From a virus: DNA of 64,000 bases. This document shows positions 1-7,249 of this stretch, piece after piece (the first letter of the stretch is position 1; each line of letters starts with the position of its first letter). Made by a program: the position numbers and the translations under genes. The stretch spans positions 1 through 64,000 of the IMG/VR virus record IMGVR_UViG_3300005546_000004. One strand, given 5' to 3'. Under the pieces are notes generated by a model that was not told the DNA's origin, made no database searches, and saw only the letters and a list, made by a program, of their open reading frames with translations.

Positions 1-632
1 TCCATCTTCTGGGCGACCCACTGGTAGGCGTTCTCGACCTCGCAGGCGTACGGCGCCTGCGCTTGGACCAGCGGCAGGTGGTGGTCCGCCAGTCGGCGCG
101 TCAGCACCGTGTCGAGTCCGCCGTAGAACCAGTAGCCCGGGTAGTCGCACGGAACCGTCGCCCAGGTCCAGCCGTTCTCGGACATGGCCCGCTCGAGTAC
201 GGCCTGGCCGGCGCGAGCCCGCGGATCGACCCAGCGCGCGGCCTGGTTCTTCAGCGCGCGGGACATGTGCGGCTCGAGGATGTGCGAGGCGACGCCGACG
301 TCGCGGATCCGGTGCTGCGGCAGCGCGACGCCGGCCTTTGCGAGGAACGACCAGTCGAACTTCGAGTTCATCATGTCGATCGGACCGTTGAAGATCTTGA
401 TCGCCTCGGCGAACAGGCCGGACCAGCGCTCCCACGGCAGCGACCACCCGAGTTGCGCGTCTCCGATCTGGACGAGTCGGACGTAGTCGCCCGAGTGCCA
501 GTAGAAGCCCGTTCCCTCGGTGTCGATCGCCAACGGCTCGCCGGATTCGGCGTACGAGCGCATCCACGCGGCGAACGCCTCGACGTCGTCGAGGTTGTCG
601 ACGAGCCGGACCTGGACGTCGTCGAGGCTCAC
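1..632 (-). CDS. polA: DNA polymerase I (family A), N-terminal part only (3'-5' exonuclease domain); gene continues beyond the window start
   Basis: Reverse-strand translation from GTG at 632 gives VSLDDVQVRLVDNLDDVEAFAAWMRSYAESGEPLAIDTEGTGFYWHSGDYVRLVQIGD..., a Pol I exo-I type motif. The GTG start overlaps the stop of the downstream deaminase by 4 nt. Not in the ORF table because it runs off the window. Confidence 0.75.
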   Translation of the reverse strand, partial: MSLDDVQVRLVDNLDDVEAFAAWMRSYAESGEPLAIDTEGTGFYWHSGDYVRLVQIGDAQLGWSLPWERWSGLFAEAIKIFNGPIDMMNSKFDWSFLAKAGVALPQHRIRDVGVASHILEPHMSRALKNQAARWVDPRARAGQAVLERAMSENGWTWATVPCDYPGYWFYGGLDTVLTRRLADHHLPLVQAQAPYACEVENAYQWVAQKM

Positions 633-1141
633 TCGGCGGCCTCCGTCACGAACACCTCGAGGCCGCAGTCGCGCAGAAAGTCATACGAACCCTCCGCACG
701 TCGGTGCGCGTGCGCCTTGACGGCGTCGACGCGGACGTACAGCAGTCCCGAGTTGGCGATCAACTTAGCGCACGTAAAGCAGATGTGGCTCGTAACGTAG
801 ATCCAGCCGCCAGACCGTAGCGATCGATCGCTCATCATAAGCGCGTTGGCCTCGGCGTGCAGCGCCGGGCAGTCGACGTAGCCGGGTGAAAGATCTGAAA
901 AACCTTTGACAGCTCCACTGGCGCGTTCACACCATCGATCACACGACAGATCGGAGTGTTGAAAGCCGCGCGGTGGACCGTTGTAGCCCTCGCCGATGAT
1001 CTTTCCCTCGGCGTCGACGATCAGCGCGCCGACTCGGTCGCGGACGCACAGGCTGCGCCGGGCGAGCTCGCGCGCCATCGCGAGCCGCGTTACGTGCCAG
1101 TTGGGTCGCCACTCGCTGTGCTTAGCCGTGGATTGCGTCAT
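629..1141 (-). CDS. dCMP (deoxycytidylate) deaminase
   Basis: HAEANAL...CxxC zinc-binding cytidine/dCMP deaminase signature (SPGYVDCPALHAEANALMM ... ICFTCAKLI). Confidence 0.85.
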   Translation of the reverse strand: MTQSTAKHSEWRPNWHVTRLAMARELARRSLCVRDRVGALIVDAEGKIIGEGYNGPPRGFQHSDLSCDRWCERASGAVKGFSDLSPGYVDCPALHAEANALMMSDRSLRSGGWIYVTSHICFTCAKLIANSGLLYVRVDAVKAHAHRRAEGSYDFLRDCGLEVFVTEAAE

Positions 1142-1892
1142 AGAACCACCCGTCGCCGTCGCGGAGCTCGGACAGCTCCTCCGGAGGTACCTCGCCGTAC
1201 GCGAGCTGTCTGCAGAGTCGCTGGATCGCCGTCAGGTCGTCGCCGAGCCGGCCGATTCCGCCGGGTTCGACCGCCCGCTCGTCGGGGACGTCGGACTCAC
1301 CGCGCGGCGGTTCGACGACGCCGTACGACGCCTCCAGGTCCGAGCGGTATAGGTGCATCGACCAGGCCGTGTGTGTGTATGTACCCGGCAGCAGGTCGAG
1401 GATCGTGCACAGCGTCCACTGCAGCTGCGCGAACTGGAACAGGTCGTACGGCAGTCCGAGCCAGACGTCGTTCGAACGCATGGTTACGCGCATGTTGAGC
1501 TGGTCGAGACCGTAGCGTCCGCCGCGGGAGAAGCCGACCGCGACGGTGCACGGGTAGTCGAGCTTACCCGGTTCGTTGTCCAGCGCCGGGTCCCACAGCG
1601 TGACGACGGCCTGGCGCGTGTCGGGGAACCGGTGTAGCTTATCGACGATTCCGGCGAGCTGGCGACCGTACGACGTCCGCGGGCCGTACGCGCCCCAGAA
1701 CTGGCCGTTCGGTTCGCGGAAGCGCGCGAACTGCGGCGCCAGGTCGACCAGCCACTTCGGATCGGAGAAGCCGCCGATCAGCTGCAGCGCCTCCGCGGCG
1801 GCGATCCGCGAGCTCAGTCCCGGCCGGCAGCCGGCCGGCAGCGCGTAGCTCGGCGACTCGAGCGCTACCGTGACGTCCGGTAGTTCAATCAC
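1122..1892 (-). CDS. Thymidylate-synthase-family pyrimidine C5-(hydroxy)methylase; Asp at the ThyA N177-equivalent position suggests dCMP rather than dUMP specificity (dCMP hydroxymethylase-like)
   Basis: Aligns to ThyA: VVTLWDP..LDYPCTVAVGFS..QLNMRVTMRSNDVWLGLPYDLFQFAQL against SAWNV..[34 protein letters not shown]. Catalytic Cys is present. PYD replaces PFN (N177D). Probable GTG start at 1892 forms a GTGA overlap with the upstream gene stop; the table ORF extends to 2192 with an Arg-rich false N-terminus. Confidence 0.7.
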   Translation of the reverse strand: MIELPDVTVALESPSYALPAGCRPGLSSRIAAAEALQLIGGFSDPKWLVDLAPQFARFREPNGQFWGAYGPRTSYGRQLAGIVDKLHRFPDTRQAVVTLWDPALDNEPGKLDYPCTVAVGFSRGGRYGLDQLNMRVTMRSNDVWLGLPYDLFQFAQLQWTLCTILDLLPGTYTHTAWSMHLYRSDLEASYGVVEPPRGESDVPDERAVEPGGIGRLGDDLTAIQRLCRQLAYGEVPPEELSELRDGDGWFYDAIHG

Positions 1893-2974
1893 CGAGCCGT
1901 TGCGACTGGTACCTTCGCGGCCTCGGCGCCGGACGCGTTCGACGACCTCGACGTACGCTTGGCGCCCCGTAGGAGCTTCGATGAGAGTGGCCACGATCCG
2001 TTGTCTCCTCCGTACGCCGCGGTTGCCCAGATCAACATACCGTACCCGACCTGCATCGAGTGGTGAAACCGCCGGACGTACTGTGGGTGCGGCACCGTCG
2101 CGACTCCGTAGTCGGCCGGGCGCAGCTTGGACCACGCGCGTTGGGCGCTGCGGCCGAGCGTCACAACCGACGGTCGACCGAGTACGTTCCACAGCTGAAG
2201 CGGGTCGTCGACGTCGCAGGCGTTGGCGATCCCAAGCCGCGCGTCGTGCCGAAACTCACTACTGTTCGAGGCGAATAGCGCCGACAGTAGGTAGTGGCCC
2301 GACGTGGCGGGAAACGGCACGAACGCCGGGTCGAGATTCAGCTCGGGGTGAGGATCGTCGCCGAGTCCGTGACGCACCTCGCCGAGCAGCAACACCTCCG
2401 GGTTCGGCGGTCCGAGGTACGTGCGCGCGAAGTCGAGACGCGCCGCGTCGAACTCGGCGGCGCGCGCCGCATCGACGATCCGGAACACGTCGCCGTTGAC
2501 GCCGGACTCCCAGTTGAAGTGCACGACCGGCAGCTGCGTCAGCCCGAGCACCCGGCGGTACAGATTGTCGACCTGCGGCAGTTCGTCCGCCTGCGACTCG
2601 GGCTCGCCTCGGTCGCGGTAGACCTGGCGGTAGCGATCTGGGTACTGCGAACATAGGACGGCGACGGCGCCCTGACGGCGTATATAGGCCTCGATCGCCC
2701 ACCACGCCGGCGGGTCGAGCTGACTCGTCCGGCCGCGGACGATCGGGTAGACGTACTCGCCCCAGTGCCACCGATCCAGAATCCAGTGAATCCCGGTGCC
2801 GGGCCGGTACGGCTCGACCGGACGCAGGTACTCGTCCAGGGGGTGACGCGTCGGCACGCTGGCTTTGATCCGGTGAACCCGACACGCCGGATCGTCGCGC
2901 AGTAGCAGCTCCTCGAGTCCGTCGGCGAGCGACGTCTTGCCCGCCCCGTCGGGGCCCTCGAGTATTATGAACAT
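1889..2974 (-). CDS. dTMP/dNMP kinase (P-loop MFIILEGPDGAGKTS) fused to a roughly 180-aa C-terminal domain of unknown function
   Basis: Canonical thymidylate kinase N-terminus starts at the internal ATG at 2974. An AT-rich start context overlaps the upstream ORF by 10 nt. The product (361 aa) is much longer than a typical TMK. Confidence 0.7.
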   Translation of the reverse strand: MFIILEGPDGAGKTSLADGLEELLLRDDPACRVHRIKASVPTRHPLDEYLRPVEPYRPGTGIHWILDRWHWGEYVYPIVRGRTSQLDPPAWWAIEAYIRRQGAVAVLCSQYPDRYRQVYRDRGEPESQADELPQVDNLYRRVLGLTQLPVVHFNWESGVNGDVFRIVDAARAAEFDAARLDFARTYLGPPNPEVLLLGEVRHGLGDDPHPELNLDPAFVPFPATSGHYLLSALFASNSSEFRHDARLGIANACDVDDPLQLWNVLGRPSVVTLGRSAQRAWSKLRPADYGVATVPHPQYVRRFHHSMQVGYGMLIWATAAYGGDNGSWPLSSKLLRGAKRTSRSSNASGAEAAKVPVATAR

Positions 2975-3486
2975 ATAAATCGGTGCCCGACACGCGGGTG
3001 CAGCGCCTCGTCCTCGGCGCGCAGCACCTCGGACAGCCGGTACAGCCATCCCGTCCAGTAGACGGGTACGGGTAGGTCGTCCTCCCGCAGGTCGACGCCG
3101 GCCCGGTAGTTGCGGTGGTAGGCGCCGGTGACCTCGGCCGTCGAGCGGGCGCGGCCGAACCAGCGCCGCTGGACGTTGTGCCGCCCGCGGTACGTTCGGC
3201 GGCGCTGGGCGTTCTCGAACCGAACGAGCGCCGGAAGCACGCGGCTGAACGCCGACGACGCGCGCGCCCGCGCAGCTGGGAGCGCCGCTCGGACGAACTC
3301 GGTGGCGCGGTTGATCCACTCGTCGCCGTCGGTGGTTACTTGAATGGGTAGCCACGGCTCGACGGGTCCGTAGGTAAACGGCAGTTCGGTGCCGTCCGGT
3401 AGGACGATGAGGCCCCGCTCGACCGGCGGGTCGGACGGGGCCTCATCATGTTCGGCGAAGGGCGGGTCTTGGATCGGTGCGGTCAC
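2965..3486 (-). CDS. hypothetical protein
   Basis: 173-aa ORF in the operon frame, with tight 10-nt overlap coupling to the kinase gene. Confidence 0.5.
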   Translation of the reverse strand: MTAPIQDPPFAEHDEAPSDPPVERGLIVLPDGTELPFTYGPVEPWLPIQVTTDGDEWINRATEFVRAALPAARARASSAFSRVLPALVRFENAQRRRTYRGRHNVQRRWFGRARSTAEVTGAYHRNYRAGVDLREDDLPVPVYWTGWLYRLSEVLRAEDEALHPRVGHRFICS

Positions 3487-3629
3487 GTCGCGTTCTCCCT
3501 GTCGAAGCTTTCGGGTGGCGGGCGCGTCCGGAGGCGTCTTTCCGTCGCCTGGGGAGGCATGCTAACGAAGACGTGATCCCTCCGGACGCGCGTGTGGCTA
3601 GCATACAACAGCTCGAACGGCGAACGGCA

Positions 3630-4616
3630 CTACTGGAACAGTCCCTTCATCGTCTCGCTGAGCGCGTCGAACTTAGCGGCCTTGGCGACCAGTTCGGGAT
3701 CGGGCTTACCCTCGACCTCGACCTCGACCCGGACCTCGCGGACGCCGGGCTCTAGCGTCCGGACGCCGTCGACGATCCCAATGAGCACGTTGCGGACGTC
3801 GACCAACCTGCCGCCGATGTCAAAGATCGCACCGGACAACTCCTCGATTCGCGCGATCAGCAGCTCGCGCTTCGAGTTGAACTCGGTCGCGGCGGCCGCG
3901 GGAACGTTAGTGGCCGCCGGCGTCTCCGTCGGATCGTTGTATGCGTTTACGATCTTCCGTAGGGCCTCCTCGGAGTCCCGGTGACGCCGCGACGTATGAT
4001 TGGAGGTGTGCACCATCAGCCCGTGCGCCGTCTGGAAGATCGCGTGACACGGCTTGGTCTGGTCGACGACGCCGTTGTCGGCGACGCGCCACGAGCCGAG
4101 CTTGGCGCACCGGTAGACGACCCGGCCGTCGGCGAGCAGCAGCTCCTCGCCGCCGTCGAACGGCGCCGGCCGAGGCATGACGGGCGTCTTCACGAACGCC
4201 GGCGCGACCGCGACGATCCGGACGCCGTCGACGTCGCCGAGGTTCGAGCCGTCGACGACGACGTCCGCCGGCGGTGTCGCCGCAGTGGCCGCCGCTACTA
4301 CCTCCGCGGCGCCGTTGGCGCGTTCGAGCCGGGCGTCGTTGACCCGTCGGTCGTCCGCAATGCGCTGCAGCCTGTCGCGCTCGTCGCGCTCGGCGAACTT
4401 CCTCTCGAGGTTCTCTAGGCCGTGCTTGTTCGCTAGGTTGAGCGTGTTGCGCACCGAGGTGGAACTGGACGGCGTCGACGGCATCGTGAAGATTCCGTGG
4501 CGGGTATCGACCTTGAAGTAGTTCTTGCCGGTCTTGACGACCTGCCAGCCGACGTCCTCACACCTCTTTACGAGGTCCAGGATCTCGCGCCGGTGGTCAC
4601 TGTTGGTACTGGCCAA
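3630..4616 (-). CDS. hypothetical protein with a possible C-x-C...H...H zinc-finger and C-terminal coiled coil
   Basis: 328-aa ORF; codon usage is consistent with neighbours; YRCAKLGSW...CHAIFQTAHGLMVH segment. Confidence 0.5.
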   Translation of the reverse strand: MASTNSDHRREILDLVKRCEDVGWQVVKTGKNYFKVDTRHGIFTMPSTPSSSTSVRNTLNLANKHGLENLERKFAERDERDRLQRIADDRRVNDARLERANGAAEVVAAATAATPPADVVVDGSNLGDVDGVRIVAVAPAFVKTPVMPRPAPFDGGEELLLADGRVVYRCAKLGSWRVADNGVVDQTKPCHAIFQTAHGLMVHTSNHTSRRHRDSEEALRKIVNAYNDPTETPAATNVPAAAATEFNSKRELLIARIEELSGAIFDIGGRLVDVRNVLIGIVDGVRTLEPGVREVRVEVEVEGKPDPELVAKAAKFDALSETMKGLFQ

Positions 4617-4692
4617 TCTTCTCAGCCTCCCTCTCTTCTCTCTTTCACTTAAACAAGCCTGGTAGGGATCCTACTACGGGTGAGCTACATCA

Positions 4693-5028
4693 TCAAGGAA
4701 CCACGGGGTCGTCCTCCGCCGGGCGGGACTCGAACCGCCACGACGCGTCGGCCTCGACCAGGTACGCGACGCCGAACGTCAGCGCCAGCGGCTGGTGGGT
4801 TCTGATCGCCGATACGGCGCCGATCGAGATCGGATCCCGGTCCGCGGTCTGCTCGGCGAGCTTCTCGTGCTCGGGCTGCAGCGGCTCACCCGGCGCGTAG
4901 CCGTAGGATTTGCGCACTCGGCCGCGGTACTCGTCCCAGACCCGCAGGTACAGCCGGTAGGACTCGCGGACCTTGGCCAGCGACGTTAGCATGTCGGCGT
5001 GGAGGCCGCGCGCACGTTCGATACTCAT
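4693..5028 (-). CDS. hypothetical protein
   Basis: Internal ATG at 5028 preceded by GGAG; the longer table ORF (to 5157) would run into tRNA-like sequence. Confidence 0.45.
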   Translation of the reverse strand: MSIERARGLHADMLTSLAKVRESYRLYLRVWDEYRGRVRKSYGYAPGEPLQPEHEKLAEQTADRDPISIGAVSAIRTHQPLALTFGVAYLVEADASWRFESRPAEDDPVVP

Positions 5029-5095
5029 CTCGATCTCCCTGTCTAGGGTTAGGTGCCGAGGCGCCCTACCCAAGGCGCCCCGGCGGTTGCATTCG

Positions 5096-5160
5096 ACGCT
5101 CGGACTTGAACCGAGACATCCAGCTTTCCAAGCTGGTGGGCTGCCAAGTTGCCCCACATC
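5096..5160 (-). tRNA. tRNA-like element with intact D-arm, anticodon arm (loop TTGGAAA, anticodon GGA) and T-arm (CTCGG-TTCAAGT-CCGAG), but no obvious acceptor-stem pairing; degenerate tRNA or tRNA pseudogene
   Basis: Folded by eye from the reverse complement. U8, GG in the D-loop and GGTTCAAGTCC T-loop are present; the 7-bp acceptor stem could not be paired. Confidence 0.35.
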
Positions 5161-5248
5161 GGGTTACATTGATCCACCTCTACACGTTTAAGAACCTAGG
5201 TTAGCTTAAGAGCGCCGCGACGCTGCCGTTACGTCCACCGCGCCACGT

Positions 5249-5292
5249 TGGAGGCGCGGGAGGGACTCGAACCCCCACCCGGCGACTACTAC
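5249..5292 (-). tRNA. tRNA 3'-half-like fragment (T-arm GGGGG-TTCGAGT-CCCTC, acceptor 3' strand, encoded CCA) lacking a recognisable 5' half
   Basis: The reverse complement ends ...GGGGGTTCGAGTCCCTCCCGCGCCTCCA. Upstream sequence does not form D or anticodon arms. Confidence 0.3.
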
Positions 5293-5397
5293 CTAGGATC
5301 GTTCGATCCGAGGAGGTCTAGCTTAGCCTGAACTTGAAGCGGTAGTCTGAATCTCGACCGCCGCGGCTGCCTCTGCCGATTGGGCTACCCAGGCACG

Positions 5398-5432
5398 TGG
5401 AGCCCGGGGCAGGAGTCGAACCTGCGCTGTAC
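5398..5432 (-). tRNA. tRNA 3'-half-like fragment (GCAGG-TTCGACT-CCTGC, CCCGGGC, T, CCA) lacking a 5' half; followed by an AT-rich repeat tract
   Basis: The reverse complement ends GCAGGTTCGACTCCTGCCCCGGGCTCCA. No complementary GCCCGGG 5' strand within 120 nt. Confidence 0.3.
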
Positions 5433-5496
5433 CGCGACATTAGTGAACTTGAACTTGAATCTGAACTTGCGCTTCATCCTCCCCTCGCGGGGAAGT

Positions 5497-6249
5497 CTAC
5501 TGTGGAGTAGTAACTCCGTGGAGCAGATAGTCGAAGATCCGGTCGCCCTCCCGGACGTCCTGAACCTCGGTCGAGTTCGCCTGCTCGCGGGCGAACTTAA
5601 CGGCTCGCTGCAGCTTCTCGACGCGCTCGACCAGCGCGGTTACCTCGGTGGCCGGCAGCGCGCCCGAGAACTTGATCGTCTTCCACGTACCGACGGGCAC
5701 GTCCTCGGTGTACATCTGCACCTGCGCCGGGTGACGATCCGTCGCCTCGGCGAGGACGTGGTTCCGCGGTACCTTCTTCGTCCGGACGGTCTCGACCGGC
5801 TCCGAGCGAAACACGCCGGTGTTCGCGTCGAACGTCCACGTCTCGGCCGGATCCAGCGTCGGCAGCTTCGCGAAGAACGTCCGCAGGTCGGTCAGCTGCT
5901 TCTCCAACCACAGCAGGTGGGTCGCCGGAACGGACCGCAGCAGCGTGACCCCGTCGACGACGACGTCCGCCAGCGCCGAGCAGTTGGTCACGTCCCGCGT
6001 CGCGGTCACGTCGAACAGCCGCACCAGCGCCCGGCGGACCTGGTTGAGTACGTCCGTCGTACTGACCTGGACCTTGGTGGACTCGGGTGGCAGCTGCTCG
6101 CCGTCCTCGTCCCTCGGCCGGTACGTCCGCGAGATGCCCGCCAACGGTCCGGTGCGCTGCGCGGCGTGGTGCGCATCGGTCAACAGCGTGAACGCGCCGG
6201 CCTTGACACCCTTCTCGATCGCGATGATCTGGTTGAGCTTCGTCGTCAC
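5497..6249 (-). CDS. hypothetical protein
   Basis: 250-aa ORF with a GGAGA ribosome-binding site upstream of the ATG (MTTKLNQ...). Confidence 0.6.
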   Translation of the reverse strand: MTTKLNQIIAIEKGVKAGAFTLLTDAHHAAQRTGPLAGISRTYRPRDEDGEQLPPESTKVQVSTTDVLNQVRRALVRLFDVTATRDVTNCSALADVVVDGVTLLRSVPATHLLWLEKQLTDLRTFFAKLPTLDPAETWTFDANTGVFRSEPVETVRTKKVPRNHVLAEATDRHPAQVQMYTEDVPVGTWKTIKFSGALPATEVTALVERVEKLQRAVKFAREQANSTEVQDVREGDRIFDYLLHGVTTPQ

Positions 6250-6285
6250 TCTCGGTCTCCATCTCGATTAAGTTAACTTACCTAG

Positions 6286-6358
6286 GTGCGGGAACCGGAT
6301 TCGAACCGGCGACCTCCGGGTTATGAGCCCGGTACGCTACCAACTGCGCCACCCCGCA
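6286..6358 (-). tRNA. tRNA-Met (anticodon CAT)
   Basis: Full cloverleaf by eye: acceptor TGCGGGG/TCCCGCA, D-arm GGCGCAGTTGGTAGCGT, anticodon arm CCGGG-CTCATAA-CCCGG, T-arm GCCGG-TTCGAAT-CCGGT. CCA is not encoded. Confidence 0.85.
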
Positions 6359-6587
6359 CGGCCCGTCCCCGGTAACGACGGAGACGGGCGGATCTTACGC
6401 TACCCCCAAAGTAGCCGCGACACGGAAGTCTACGACTCGGCCCCGGAGGGTTGTCGACAACCGTAGCACATACGTATGTATGAGTAAACAGCTTAGTGCT
6501 GCGACGTGACCGCAATCACGACCAGTATGAGCGAGTTAACTAGGAGAAGGACGGACAGCAGCGTGATGAACGCCGCATCGCTCACGG

Positions 6588-7061
6588 CTACACCACCGCG
6601 CGGTTGATGTACGCGTCCCGGATCCCGTCGTCCCACTGCGCCGCGGCGGCCAGCGCCCGCAGGTGCTGCGGCGGCATGAACACCTCGCCGCGCGGTCCCT
6701 GCCGGCGCACCGTTAGGGCCTCGACGACCTCATACGGACTCGCGGTCTCGACGACCTTCGGCAAGTCGACCTCGCCGGGGACGACGGACCGTCCGACGGT
6801 GTGGACGACGTACGAGTCCGGAACCTCGCCCGGGATCGCCGAGCCGCGATAGATCGTCACCTCGGTCCAGCGGCAGGCGCCGCAGCGCTCGCCGGGCGCC
6901 GCGAACCCGCCGCGGTGAGGCAGGTGGTAGCTGCGCTGGCCGGACGCGAGCCCGAGCACGCGACCCGTGAACTCGAGCCGGTACTCGGGGTCGCCGACGG
7001 CGAACGTCCGCGTTCGCCCGTCCGCGGCCGCGTTAACTAGGTCAAGCCGTTCGGTGTCCAT
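6588..7061 (-). CDS. hypothetical protein
   Basis: 157-aa ORF; first gene of the leftward operon, divergent from the primase gene. Confidence 0.5.
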   Translation of the reverse strand: MDTERLDLVNAAADGRTRTFAVGDPEYRLEFTGRVLGLASGQRSYHLPHRGGFAAPGERCGACRWTEVTIYRGSAIPGEVPDSYVVHTVGRSVVPGEVDLPKVVETASPYEVVEALTVRRQGPRGEVFMPPQHLRALAAAAQWDDGIRDAYINRAVV

Positions 7062-7249
7062 TTCGGTCTCGATTCTCCCTCTCGTCGGCGTTCCTGCGTG
7101 TCGAAGATCCCCGGCGAATCGTGGCTAGAATACGGGATACGTCCAGGTAGTTCGGCGGTTCCGGTACCCGGCCCCGGTCGGGTGGGTCGGGGCCCGGAAC
7201 CGCCGGGAGACCGGGCGTTCCAGCCCCGAAACTACCCCTGGGGATCTCG

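Noticed and set aside
63-800. 245-aa plus-strand ORF
   Set aside because: It is antisense to the DNA polymerase and dCMP deaminase genes, and its product is Arg/Ala-rich low-complexity sequence typical of high-GC alternate frames. No ribosome-binding site.
5249-5432. attP core next to an integrase
   Set aside because: No integrase or recombinase-like ORF anywhere in the window, so the tRNA 3'-end fragments cannot be assigned to an integration module from this sequence.
5396-5500. Possible tmRNA-like or long-variable-arm tRNA interpretation of the third tRNA-like element
   Set aside because: No 5' acceptor strand and no tag-peptide-like reading frame ending in a hydrophobic ...AA stop. The AT-rich AAGTTCA repeats are more likely promoter or repeat DNA.
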